Below, in pieces: positions 15,923 through 26,012 of a stretch of DNA of 64,000 bases (the first letter of the stretch is position 1; each line of letters starts with the position of its first letter). Below the pieces are notes generated by a model that did not search any database, had not been told where the DNA came from, and saw only the letters and a list, made by a program, of their open reading frames with translations. The position numbers and the translations under genes are program-made. Location of the stretch: contig JAXMOL010000043.1 of the NCBI GenBank assembly GCA_034669905.1, forward strand, positions 1-64,000, written 5' to 3'. Origin of the DNA: Candidatus Hydrogenedentota bacterium. GTDB lineage: Bacteria; Hydrogenedentota; Hydrogenedentia; Hydrogenedentales; JAEUWI01.

Positions 15923-18900
15923 TTACTCCTTCGTCAACGCTTCGTCGGTATTCAAGATGGAAAGACACAGGCTCGCGTAGGCCGCGTAATCTGCGGTGTC
16001 CAGTCCCGGCAGAGGCGTCGAAGCGCCCACGGAAAGATAGGCCACAGCGCCCTCGGGGGCGTCGCGAAATTCCTGACGCATACGTTCGAGACTTTTCTCC
16101 AGCAGATCCAATTCCTCGGCCTGGGCGGACCGTGCGAGGCACACCCTAAAGGCCTGGTTGATACGGTCCCGGTCCGACATATCGGGTGTCATGAGGAGTT
16201 GGCCCGCCAGGGTGCGCGCCGCTTCCACATAGGTGGGGTCGTTGAGGGTGGCCAGGGCGTGGAGGGGGGTATTGGTCCGCGTCGCTTTCACGCTGCAGGT
16301 CTGGCGTGAGGAGGCATCAAAAAACATGGGGGGCGCCACGATGCGTCGCCAATAGGTGTAGAGGCTGCGACGATAGAGGGCCTCGCCGGCGTCGGGTTCG
16401 TAGTTGAGTTTGCCGAAGGAGAACTCGGCCCAGAGTCCGGCGGGTTGATAGGGCTTCACCGGGGGGCCACCCAGCTTGTTGACCAGCAGGCCGCCTGCCG
16501 CGAGGGCCTGATCACGAATCATCCAGGATGGCATACGGAACCGGGGCCCGCGGGCGAGATAGCGATTGGCCGGGTCGATGGCGGTTTTATCCGCCGTGGT
16601 GTCCGGGGATTGACGGTAGGTGGCACTCGTCACCATGAGACGGAGGAGGGCCTTGACGTCCCATCCACTCTCGACGAATTCGACGGCGAGCCAGTTCAGC
16701 AATTCAGGGTGGGAGGGCAGCTCGCCCTGGACGCCAAAGTTTTCGGTGGTTTTGACGAGCCCCGTGCCGAAGAGATCGGCCCACAGGCGGTTGACCGTTA
16801 CCCGCGCGGTGAGGGGGTGGCGGGGATCGAGGAGCCAGCGTGCCAGGTCGAGGCGGTTGGCCGGGGCCTCATTGGGCGGTGGGCTGAAGAGAAAGGCCGG
16901 TGTGGCGGCGCTCACCTCGCCCTCGGGCTGGTTATAGAGGCCTACCCGAAACATGGTCGTGGTGCGCCGTTCCGGCTGGTCGGCCATCACCATGACCCGG
17001 ATGGCCTTATTGTCGATGTCTTGCAGGGTGTCCCGTGCTTTTTGGCGGGCCCGGCGCGCGTCGCGAAATCCAGGGTCGGCGTCGTGAAAGGCGGCGAGGA
17101 GACGTGCGGCGTCCTCGTCGGGACGGTGCTCGGGCGGTGTGCGTAAGATGGGGGCAATGTCGTGGTGGGCCGGTGCGAGGGGTGGGTTCGCTTCCTCGGT
17201 GACAGACAGGCGGAAGTGACGGAGGATATGCTGTTTGTGTTTGGAGTCGTGTTTTAACGTGATGATCAGGGTGTCGTTGGCCGTCATGGCCACCGGTTCT
17301 TCGAAGTGGAGGACGGCTTCCTGGTCGCGGTCGATGGGGACACCTTCATAGATGGCCCATCCGGACTCGGGGTCGTCATCGTAGACGGATGTGATGGCGA
17401 AGTTGCCCTGTTCATAGGTGGCGGATGCCCGGGCGAAGGGGAGGGGAGACCCCGTGCCATCACCATGGCGGACGGAGACGTGGAGGTCGGTCAACACGAA
17501 ATTGCCGGTCGTGGCCGGGATGAGCCGTCCGTCTTTTTTCTCGACATAGCGCAGGGCTTCCAGGCGCAGGGCCAGGAGCCGGGGTAGCGGGGCGTGGGCT
17601 TCGAGTTGGTATTGGTCGTTTTCGGGCAAATCCCCGGTGGCGAGGAGGGCGCCGTCGTCGAGGACTTCCAGGGCCTGATGGGTGGCGGTAGCTTTGGTGA
17701 CTTCCAGAACGGACCAGCGCTTTTCGTTTTCCCAGACCTTGGCGAGGGCCTCTTTTTCCCAGGTGGTCTGCCCCGGTGCCAGGGCGGTTTTTCGTGCCGC
17801 CATGGTTTCTTCGTGGGCCGTGATTTCCGCCTTCAGGGCGGCCATTCGTGCTTCCGTCTGCTTGGTGTGAATCGGGATATTTGGCGGCGTTCGTGGATCG
17901 CCGCCGGCTCCCGTCACCTCCGTCTGGTTGAAATAGTCGAAGAGGGCGTAGTAGTCCGCCTTAAGCAGGGGGTCATACTTGTGGTCGTGGCACCGGGCGC
18001 AGTTGAAGGTGAGGCCCATCCAGACCGTGCCCACCGTTTCCAGCTGGTCAAAGATATACTCGACCCGGTTTTCCTCGGCGATGCGTCCCCCTTCGCCATT
18101 AATCATATGGTTACGATTAAAGGCCGTGGCCAGCACCTGGTCCCGCGTGGGATTGGGAAGAAGGTCGCCCGCCAACTGGAGCGTGGTGAATTCATCAAAG
18201 GGCATGTTTTCGTTGAAGGCCTTCACTACCCAGTCCCGCCAGGGGTACATGGTCCGTTCCCGGTCGCCCTGGTAGCCGTTGGTGTCGGCGTAACGCGCCG
18301 CATCGAGCCAGGGCCAGGCCATGCGCTCGCCGTAGTGGGGGGAATTCAGCAGCCGGTCCACGAGCCGCTCATAGGCGTTGTCTGATGTGTCCGTGAGGAA
18401 GGCATCCACTTCATCCGGTGTGGGGGGCAGGCCCGTTAGATCCAGGCTCACTCGGCGGATAAGGGTTTCTCGTGATGCGGTGTCGTTGCCCGTGAGGCCC
18501 CGGCTTTCCCAGCCTGCGGCGATGAAGTGGTCAATGGGGTTGCGCGCCCAGGCTTCGCCCGATATGGGGGGCGCGGGCCGTTCGGGGGGGACGAAGGCCC
18601 AGTGTTCGGACCAGGGCGCCCCTTCGCGGATCCAGCGGCGCAGGATTTCCTGTTCCGTCACACCAAATTTCTTTTTGGCCTCGGGCGGCGGCATTCGTTT
18701 GTTGGGGTCTTCGGCGTGTACCCGTTGGAAGAGCAGACTCTCCTCGGGCTTGCCCGGAACGATGAGGGGGGCGCCCTCTGAAGTACCAAAGGCGCCCTCT
18801 CGGGTGTCGAGGCGTAGCCCTGCCTGTCGTTCGGCCTCGTCCGGACCGTGGCAATGAAAACAATTGTCACTCAGGATGGGACGGACATCACGCTCGAAAT

Positions 18901-18979
18901 GGATGGGGGCCTCTGCCAGGGCAAGGTGCGGCAGGAACACTACCATCAGAATATAGCTAGAGAGGAATGGATACTTCAT
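15923..18979 (-). CDS. Planctomycete cytochrome c + DUF1549 (PSCyt2) + DUF1553 (PSD1) protein with a central beta-sandwich insert
   Basis: CFHCH and CARCHDHKYDP heme motifs, RRVSLDLTGLPP, PSHPELLNWLA, RRSLY. Confidence 0.92.
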   Translation of the reverse strand: MKYPFLSSYILMVVFLPHLALAEAPIHFERDVRPILSDNCFHCHGPDEAERQAGLRLDTREGAFGTSEGAPLIVPGKPEESLLFQRVHAEDPNKRMPPPEAKKKFGVTEQEILRRWIREGAPWSEHWAFVPPERPAPPISGEAWARNPIDHFIAAGWESRGLTGNDTASRETLIRRVSLDLTGLPPTPDEVDAFLTDTSDNAYERLVDRLLNSPHYGERMAWPWLDAARYADTNGYQGDRERTMYPWRDWVVKAFNENMPFDEFTTLQLAGDLLPNPTRDQVLATAFNRNHMINGEGGRIAEENRVEYIFDQLETVGTVWMGLTFNCARCHDHKYDPLLKADYYALFDYFNQTEVTGAGGDPRTPPNIPIHTKQTEARMAALKAEITAHEETMAARKTALAPGQTTWEKEALAKVWENEKRWSVLEVTKATATHQALEVLDDGALLATGDLPENDQYQLEAHAPLPRLLALRLEALRYVEKKDGRLIPATTGNFVLTDLHVSVRHGDGTGSPLPFARASATYEQGNFAITSVYDDDPESGWAIYEGVPIDRDQEAVLHFEEPVAMTANDTLIITLKHDSKHKQHILRHFRLSVTEEANPPLAPAHHDIAPILRTPPEHRPDEDAARLLAAFHDADPGFRDARRARQKARDTLQDIDNKAIRVMVMADQPERRTTTMFRVGLYNQPEGEVSAATPAFLFSPPPNEAPANRLDLARWLLDPRHPLTARVTVNRLWADLFGTGLVKTTENFGVQGELPSHPELLNWLAVEFVESGWDVKALLRLMVTSATYRQSPDTTADKTAIDPANRYLARGPRFRMPSWMIRDQALAAGGLLVNKLGGPPVKPYQPAGLWAEFSFGKLNYEPDAGEALYRRSLYTYWRRIVAPPMFFDASSRQTCSVKATRTNTPLHALATLNDPTYVEAARTLAGQLLMTPDMSDRDRINQAFRVCLARSAQAEELDLLEKSLERMRQEFRDAPEGAVAYLSVGASTPLPGLDTADYAAYASLCLSILNTDEALTKE

Positions 18980-19188
18980 GAACGCCTTATCTCACCATTG
19001 CCGGGTGGGGCATGCTTCGACAATACCTTGGTTCTGCTCACGCTTGATTTGAACAGAGCGACGGCCGGAATTCAAGCGGGCGCCGGGCGGGGAAATGTGC
19101 TTAACGAGCAGGCTCCATAGGTATGACTCCTATGTTATCATGGAATTTGAGTAAATCATCCCTGGAAGTGAAGTGAGTTGGCGTAGCT

Positions 19189-21489
19189 GTGATTAGCAAG
19201 ACCCTCCATCGAATCCTGAGCATTGGCCTCCTTATCGCCCCCATGGGCGTGGTCTCCCGCGTGGAGGCGACATCGGGTGCGCCCAGTTATAACCGGGACA
19301 TACGGCCCATCCTCTCCGAGAACTGTTTCGCCTGCCACGGTCCGGATGGGAATGCACGGAAGGCCGAATTACGGCTGGACGACCCGGCGGAAGCCGCTGC
19401 GGTGCTCGCGGGCGAAGAGTCCGCGGGCAGCGAGGTGATCCGCCGCATTCTGTCGGAAGACCCCGACGAACAAATGCCTCCGCCCGGGTCGAATAAGTCT
19501 CTGACCGTGGAGGAGAAGGAAATTGTGCGTCGGTGGGCCGCGTCTGGTGCGCCCTATGAGCAGCATTGGGCCTTTATTCCGCCCCAGCGCCCCACACCCC
19601 CACCGGTCTACCGTAAGGGGTGGGACGCCAATCCCATCGACGCCTTTATCCTGCGTGGGATTCGCCAAGCAGGACTTCAGCCATCCCCACCGGCCGACCG
19701 GGCGACGTTGTTGCGGCGGGTGAGCCTCGACCTGGTCGGGCTGCCGCCGACCCCGGAAGCCGTGACACTCTTCGAAGCCGATACGTCCGAGGATGCCTAT
19801 GAGCGGGTGGTGGAGGAGTTGTTGGACTCCGAGCGCTATGGCGAACACATGGCCCAGGGCTGGCTCGAGGTGGCCCGCTACGCCGACACGGACGGTTATC
19901 AGAATGACCGACTGCGTTACATGCACGTGTGGCGCGATTGGCTTATTGAGGCACTGAATGACAACATGCCCTTTGACCAGTTCGTGATTGAGCAGATCGC
20001 GGGGGACATGTTGCCCGATGCGACCTTGCGCCAGCAGATTGCCACCGGCTTCAACCGAAACCACCGCATCAATTCCGAAAACGGCGCCATTCCTGCTGAG
20101 TGGCTGGTCGAGAACGTGGCCGACCGGGTGGATACCCTCGGCACGGCGTTTCTCGGGCTGACGGTTTCCTGTGCCCGATGTCATGACCACAAATATGACC
20201 CCATCTCTCAGCGGGAGTACTACCAACTCTTTGCCCAGTTCAACAACGTACCCGAATGGGGCCTGGGACCGAACGACGGCAATAGTCCGCCCTTTATCGA
20301 AGTGCCGAAAGACTGGCCAAACCTGGTCCCCGAAGAAGATCGTAAGATTACGCCCGAGCCCTACACCCTTCGCGAGATCAAGGGCACCGCGCTGCGTCCG
20401 GAACCAGGAAGTCCTTCCACGGTAATGGTCATGGAAGAAATGGCAGAACCCCGTCCGACCTACCGATTGAATCGGGGGGTCTACAACGAGCCGGACAAGA
20501 GCGAAGTGCTCCACGCGGCAGTACCTGCGGTGTTGCTTCAGGCGGGGGAGAGAGCGCCGGAGAATCGATTGGCCCTTGCCCGCTGGCTGGTTTCGCCCAC
20601 CCATCCGCTTACGGCCCGGGTGGCGGTGAATCGCTATTGGCAGCACTTCTTCGGCCGTGGTCTCGTGCGCTCTTCGGAGAACTTCGGGCTGCAGGGGAAC
20701 TATCCGAGTCACCCCGAATTACTCGATTGGCTGGTCACCGAGTTTATTCGGCTGGATTGGGACGTGAAGGCCTTTCAAAGAAGCATCGTCATGAGCGCGA
20801 CCTATCGACAAACGTCGGTGCTTCGTCCCCGGAGTCTGGAACGGGACCCGGAAAACCGCTACCTGGCCCGGGCACCGCGATTACGGCTGAGCGGGCAGCA
20901 GCTGCGCGACCAGGCCCTTTTCCTCAGCGGATTACTCATGAATCAGGTGGGTGGTCGGCCGGTGAAGCCCTACATGCCGCCGGGGCTCTGGGAATCGGTC
21001 AGTAATGCGACCTATGAGCAGGGAACGGGGGACGAACTCTACCGGCGGAGCCTCTACACCTACTGGCGACGTACTACGCCGCCCCCCATGATGACGGGAT
21101 TCAATTCGCCTGACCGCGATGTCTGTATGGTTCGCGCCGCAAAGACCAGTTCGCCCCTCCATGCCCTCACGTTGATGAATAACATCGTATTTCTGGAGGC
21201 GTCCCGCAAGTTGGCGGAGCGCATGTTGGCGGAGAGCGACGACGTGGAACAGCAGATTGTCGCAGGATTTCACCGGGTGACGGCCCGTTATCCCTCCCGC
21301 GACGAGGGAGACCATCTCCTCGCGACCTTGTTGGATATCCGTGACGGTATGGATGAAGCAGCGGCGCGGGCCTTTTTGCAAATAGGGGAGTGTCCGCCCG
21401 AAACGGAGGCGGACCCCGTGGAGTTGGCGAGTATGGCCCTTCTCGCATCGGCTATACTGAATCTGGACGAAGTTATCATGCGCGATTGA
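19189..21489 (+). CDS. Planctomycete cytochrome c + DUF1549/DUF1553 protein
   Basis: CFACH, CARCHDHKYDP, PSHPELLDWL, RRSLYTYWRR. Confidence 0.92.
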   Translation: MISKTLHRILSIGLLIAPMGVVSRVEATSGAPSYNRDIRPILSENCFACHGPDGNARKAELRLDDPAEAAAVLAGEESAGSEVIRRILSEDPDEQMPPPGSNKSLTVEEKEIVRRWAASGAPYEQHWAFIPPQRPTPPPVYRKGWDANPIDAFILRGIRQAGLQPSPPADRATLLRRVSLDLVGLPPTPEAVTLFEADTSEDAYERVVEELLDSERYGEHMAQGWLEVARYADTDGYQNDRLRYMHVWRDWLIEALNDNMPFDQFVIEQIAGDMLPDATLRQQIATGFNRNHRINSENGAIPAEWLVENVADRVDTLGTAFLGLTVSCARCHDHKYDPISQREYYQLFAQFNNVPEWGLGPNDGNSPPFIEVPKDWPNLVPEEDRKITPEPYTLREIKGTALRPEPGSPSTVMVMEEMAEPRPTYRLNRGVYNEPDKSEVLHAAVPAVLLQAGERAPENRLALARWLVSPTHPLTARVAVNRYWQHFFGRGLVRSSENFGLQGNYPSHPELLDWLVTEFIRLDWDVKAFQRSIVMSATYRQTSVLRPRSLERDPENRYLARAPRLRLSGQQLRDQALFLSGLLMNQVGGRPVKPYMPPGLWESVSNATYEQGTGDELYRRSLYTYWRRTTPPPMMTGFNSPDRDVCMVRAAKTSSPLHALTLMNNIVFLEASRKLAERMLAESDDVEQQIVAGFHRVTARYPSRDEGDHLLATLLDIRDGMDEAAARAFLQIGECPPETEADPVELASMALLASAILNLDEVIMRD

Positions 21490-21522
21490 GCGCGGCACCC
21501 CCAAGGGAGTGAGCAGTTAACG

Positions 21523-22941
21523 ATGAGCGAAATCATGCCAGACCCGCGAATCAATCGCCGGGCCTTTCTGGGGCGGTCCGCCACCGGGGTGGGCCTTGCC
21601 GCCTTGTCTTCCTTGCTTTCTCCGGCTAGCGATGCCCGGGCGCTGCCCCATGCCCAGCCGAAGGCCCGTCGTATCATCTATCTGTTTCAATCCGGTGGGC
21701 CGGCCCAGATGGACCTCTTCGATTACAAGCCGGGCCTTCAGGGACGTCGGGGCGAAGGGGTGCCCACGTCGGTTTATCCCGATGACCGGAAGACCACCAT
21801 GTCGGCCGACCAGTCCGAATTTCCCGTGGCACCAAGCAAATACAGTTTCCAGCAGCACGGCGAGTCCGGCATGTGGCTGAGTGAGCTCTTGCCCCACACG
21901 GGTAAGATCGCCGATGAACTGTGCCTCGTCAAGTCCATGTACACCGAGGCCATCAACCATGACCCGGCCATCACCTTCCTGCAGACGGGGTCACAGATTC
22001 CCGGTCGGCCCAGCATGGGCGCCTGGATGGCCTATGGCCTCGGGTCCGAGAATGCAGACCTGCCGGCTTTTGTCGCCATGAATTCACGGGGTAAAGATGG
22101 TGGGGGACAGCCCCTCTATGACCGGTTGTGGGGGAGTGGTTTCTTGCCGGCCGAATACCAGGGCGTGAAGTTTCGCAACCAGGGCGATGTGGTGCTGGAT
22201 ATCGAAAATCCCCCCGGTGTCGACCGGGCTACACGGCGTCGCATGCTCGACCTGGTGAACACCATCAATGCAGGCCGCTACGAAATCGTTGGGGATCCCG
22301 GGATTCCGGATCGGATCGCCCAATACGAAATGGCCTACCGCATGCAGATGTCCGTGCCCGATCTCACCGACCTGAGCGATGAGCCCGAATCGACTTTTGC
22401 GCTCTACGGTGAAGCCGCGCGTAAGCCCGGCACCTATGCCTTTAACTGCCTCATGGCCCGACGGCTTGCGGAGCGTGGCGTGCGATTCGTGCAGCTTTTC
22501 CACCAGGGCTGGGACCACCACGGGAGTCTTCCGAGGCGATTGGCTGAGCAATGCGAGGATACCGACCAGGCCAGCGCGGCATTGGTTCTGGACTTGAAGC
22601 AGCGGGGTATGTTGGACGACACTTTGGTGGTCTGGGGCGGCGAATTCGGCCGTACCGTCTACTGCCAGGGAAAGCTGGAGAAAGATAACTACGGTCGGGA
22701 CCACCATCCGTCCTGTTTCTCCATGTGGCTGGCCGGTGGCGGTATCAGACCGGGGATGACCTATGGTGAGACCGACGATTACAGCGTGAACGTAACGGAA
22801 AACCCGGTTCACGTGCACGACCTCCATGCTACTATTCTCCACCTTATGGGCATCGACCACGAGCGCCTCACCTATAAGTACCAGGGGCGGGATTTTCGAC
22901 TGACCGATGTGCATGGGCGTTTGGTGCGGGATATTATCTGA
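21523..22941 (+). CDS. DUF1501 sulfatase-like protein (Tat-like RRAFL)
   Basis: GGPAQMDLFDYKP, NHDPA, WDHH, EFGRT, GRDHHP. Confidence 0.92.
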   Translation: MSEIMPDPRINRRAFLGRSATGVGLAALSSLLSPASDARALPHAQPKARRIIYLFQSGGPAQMDLFDYKPGLQGRRGEGVPTSVYPDDRKTTMSADQSEFPVAPSKYSFQQHGESGMWLSELLPHTGKIADELCLVKSMYTEAINHDPAITFLQTGSQIPGRPSMGAWMAYGLGSENADLPAFVAMNSRGKDGGGQPLYDRLWGSGFLPAEYQGVKFRNQGDVVLDIENPPGVDRATRRRMLDLVNTINAGRYEIVGDPGIPDRIAQYEMAYRMQMSVPDLTDLSDEPESTFALYGEAARKPGTYAFNCLMARRLAERGVRFVQLFHQGWDHHGSLPRRLAEQCEDTDQASAALVLDLKQRGMLDDTLVVWGGEFGRTVYCQGKLEKDNYGRDHHPSCFSMWLAGGGIRPGMTYGETDDYSVNVTENPVHVHDLHATILHLMGIDHERLTYKYQGRDFRLTDVHGRLVRDII

Positions 22942-22963
22942 GGAGCATGCCGCACCGGGAGCT

Positions 22964-24397
22964 TCAGGGGGCCGACTGTTTGCCCGTGATTTCCCACGCG
23001 GGCGCTTTCAGCCAGGCAACATTAAATCGATAATGCAGTCGGCTGGAAATAATATGGATGACCCCGTCGGGTGATTGGGTTCCCGCGAGATAGCCCCCGT
23101 GTTCAGCGTTCGTGGGGGAGGCGGTGAAGGGGCCCGTCCACGCGCCCCCGTCAAACTCGCCCTTGCCAGGGGTAATCAGTTTTCGCACGGGCCAGGTGGC
23201 CCCGTCGTCGAAGGAAAGGGCCCCAAACATTCCAAAGCCGGTGAATTCCTTGCCCGCTTGGTCCTGGAATGGCATTCCCTGCTTCTTGTCGGGATTCCGC
23301 TTATCGGTAAAGGAAACGAGTAGCAGGGGACCTTCCTGCAGGCGCATGAATACGTTACGCTGGCCACCGCCAATTGGCGGAAAGGGACTGGCCCGATAGT
23401 GCCAGGTTGCGCCAGAATCGCTGGAGTAACTGGCCGGCATCCGTCCGTCTATATCATGTCGACGGGCCAGGGCCATAAGGCGTCCGTCGGTCAATTCGAC
23501 AACCCCCGCATGAATCCCCGCGATGACGGGACCTTCCGTGGCCCCATCGTCGATAAAGCTTCCCGCATGCGCGCCCGCGGGATTGATCCAGGTTTTACCG
23601 TTGTCGCGGCTGATGTGGAGCGCCGAAAAGTTAGAGCCTTTGGGGCGGGTCACGTCACACGGCTGGAGGAGCGCGCCATCCCGAGTCCGTGATACTCCGC
23701 TGATGAGCTGTTGGGTTGGGAGATATTCGGGGCCGACAACCGTGGGCGCGGACCAGCTTTGACCGTTGTCGCGGCTGATCCGACAGAGCATGGCAAGCGC
23801 CTTGTCCTGTTTGCGCCCGACACCCGCCCGGCCCATACCGTTCATGTGGAGCACGACACCGGCCCCGGCATGGAACAGGCTCGAACCGTGCATATTGCGA
23901 TCTGCGGCCTTGAAGAATTCTGATGAAGGGTCCCAGGTATCGTTTCCGGCGCGCAGGCGACTTGCCAGCACCGTTAATTCGGTGCCCTGTTCCGTGATGG
24001 TTGAGTACCAGATGGCGAGCATATCACCGTTGTCGAGCCAGGCAATGGAGGGTTGGTGATTGTGGGGGTAGAAGGGCTCGCCCGAAGCCTCCGTTGGGGG
24101 GACTACGAAGGGTATAGGGCCTTGAAAGTAAGGATCGGATTCGCTCGGGCCATTACCCTGCCAGTTCCACCTCTCCTGGCGCACGCCATTCGCCCAGGCT
24201 GGCGGTTCAGACTCAGGAAGGGGCGTCACCGAAAGTACCTTTCCGTCACGCTCCTCCACGGCGATGTGGCGATACGTCAGGGAGGTGTCGTCCGGGTCCC
24301 CTGCTTGTGCAGGGCAGGCGAAGGTCGCCGCGATACAGAGGGCGATTGCCGCCCCGAAGACGGTAGGTGGATATGAATTCGTTTTCTGTGGCCGCAT
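22964..24397 (-). CDS. Secreted BNR/Asp-box sialidase-like beta-propeller
   Basis: Signal peptide; Asp-boxes SRDNGQSW, SRDNGKTW, SSDSGATW, SFDDGATW. Confidence 0.85.
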   Translation of the reverse strand: MRPQKTNSYPPTVFGAAIALCIAATFACPAQAGDPDDTSLTYRHIAVEERDGKVLSVTPLPESEPPAWANGVRQERWNWQGNGPSESDPYFQGPIPFVVPPTEASGEPFYPHNHQPSIAWLDNGDMLAIWYSTITEQGTELTVLASRLRAGNDTWDPSSEFFKAADRNMHGSSLFHAGAGVVLHMNGMGRAGVGRKQDKALAMLCRISRDNGQSWSAPTVVGPEYLPTQQLISGVSRTRDGALLQPCDVTRPKGSNFSALHISRDNGKTWINPAGAHAGSFIDDGATEGPVIAGIHAGVVELTDGRLMALARRHDIDGRMPASYSSDSGATWHYRASPFPPIGGGQRNVFMRLQEGPLLLVSFTDKRNPDKKQGMPFQDQAGKEFTGFGMFGALSFDDGATWPVRKLITPGKGEFDGGAWTGPFTASPTNAEHGGYLAGTQSPDGVIHIISSRLHYRFNVAWLKAPAWEITGKQSAP

Positions 24398-24565
24398 AAC
24401 ACGCAGTGCTCCCTTGGTAGGTTATGAATAGGTGTAGTGAACCCGTAAGGTTATTCTAGGGGCGTTCTCGATGAAAGCAACCGTCGTGGAGGGAGGGCTG
24501 TAAGCGGGGGGGGACAGCCCCGACTTCCCCTACCGGGCCTGGTCGGTGCCGTCCCCGCGCTGCCT

Positions 24566-25849
24566 CTACTTTTTCATCTGCGCGATATGATCTTTCATGA
24601 ACTTCATGGCCATGGGGTACCATTCGGGCGATATGGCGTGGGCCATGAGGGGTTTGTTGAGCATCTGTTTGTCGCCGCGAAGTTGGTTGTAGGCGGCATA
24701 GACCGACGTGGGGCGACAGGTGTTGTCGATGAAGCCCACGGCTACCAGGGCATGGGCCTTGGTGCGGGTTGCAAAATTCATGGCGTCAAAATAGCGGGAG
24801 GCCTGCAGGACCGCGGGGTCCGGGGTGCCGTCTTCCTCCCGGGGAACCAGGCGGGGCCATCCGTTGATTACGGACGTGTGGTCGCACATGGCGGGCACGT
24901 TGGCAATGAGGGCCGTTACGCGTGGATCGAGACCGGCCGCAACGAGCGATTGCCCGCCGCCCTGGCTGCTGCCCCGGGTGATAAGGACTTTGCCGTCCCA
25001 CTCGGGCTGGGCGGTAAGAAAGTCGAGGGCACGGAGGATGCGGAAATACATGCCGAGGAAATAGTAGGTTTCCCGGTCTTCACGTCCACGGTGGCGATAA
25101 TCGCTGAGTTCGCCCTGGGCCAGTTTGTCGTAGTATGCCTTGTCTTTCCCATTGGGTATGCCATGGGCGTTGATATCGAGGACAAGCATACCTTCGGCCG
25201 CAATGTTATCCCGCTGTGCCGAACTGCGTACGCCGGCACCATGGACCCACAACACGGCGGGCAGGGATTTGGCCGTGGCGTTGGCGGGGCGGGAATAGTA
25301 ACCGGAGACGGGCGCGCCGCCGAGGGCATCCAGTTGGAGGTCGAAGGCGCTGACGCCCTCTACCTTGGGCGGAACAGGGGTGAGGCGGGGGTTCATGGGC
25401 AGTTTGGCCTGGGCGGCCTTTTTCTCTGCCCAGAAGGCGTCGAAGTCTTCGGGGGGCGCCATACTCGCGGGTATCTCTAAGGGGTCAAATCCACCAGCCG
25501 CCACCGCCGTGTGTTGCTTTCCTGCGTCGTCGGTATACACCACGGTACAGCGTAGGAATCCAGGGATGGGCAGGGCGCCGGAAATGGACACGGGCTTTCC
25601 GTCGACCGCACGGGTTCCGGCATCTATCCGATGGGCTCCATCGTTGCTGAGCTCGTAGGCCAGTTCCCCGGTAGTGACGGCGGTGTCCCCGTCGCTTACC
25701 GAGACGTGGAAGGTGACGGTTTCACCCACGTGGTAGAGTGCGTTTTCCCGGTCGGTCTTTACCCCGACGTGTATATCCGCCCGGGCGGAGAGTGCGCAGG
25801 CAACAAGCAGGGGGAGCATAATGGTGACGAGACGGTGGAGTGAATTCAT
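24566..25849 (-). CDS. Acetyl xylan esterase / cephalosporin-C deacetylase (CE7/AXE1-like) with N-terminal Ig-like domain
   Basis: Signal peptide MNSLHRLV; PEDFDAFW; GSSQGGG nucleophile; GFIDNTC; start reassigned to ATG 25849. Confidence 0.88.
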   Translation of the reverse strand: MNSLHRLVTIMLPLLVACALSARADIHVGVKTDRENALYHVGETVTFHVSVSDGDTAVTTGELAYELSNDGAHRIDAGTRAVDGKPVSISGALPIPGFLRCTVVYTDDAGKQHTAVAAGGFDPLEIPASMAPPEDFDAFWAEKKAAQAKLPMNPRLTPVPPKVEGVSAFDLQLDALGGAPVSGYYSRPANATAKSLPAVLWVHGAGVRSSAQRDNIAAEGMLVLDINAHGIPNGKDKAYYDKLAQGELSDYRHRGREDRETYYFLGMYFRILRALDFLTAQPEWDGKVLITRGSSQGGGQSLVAAGLDPRVTALIANVPAMCDHTSVINGWPRLVPREEDGTPDPAVLQASRYFDAMNFATRTKAHALVAVGFIDNTCRPTSVYAAYNQLRGDKQMLNKPLMAHAISPEWYPMAMKFMKDHIAQMKK

Positions 25850-26012
25850 CCGGTATTTCCTTTCATGGGTGGAGGGAGAGTATAGCAAGGGGCGGGTGGG
25901 GCTGCAACGGGTGCTTGCATGGTGCGCCGTCAATGGCATAGGGTGGCATTGTCGCCGGTCGTGTGCGCAGGAGCGTGCCCCATCGGCGGAGTTTAACGGG
26001 GAGTATTTTGCT

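Noticed and set aside
24505..24560. Isolated GC hairpins (also about 20-45, 7215-7272, 14222-14250, 62930-62985)
   Set aside because: Probably REP-like or terminator sequences, but too degenerate to define as a family from this window alone
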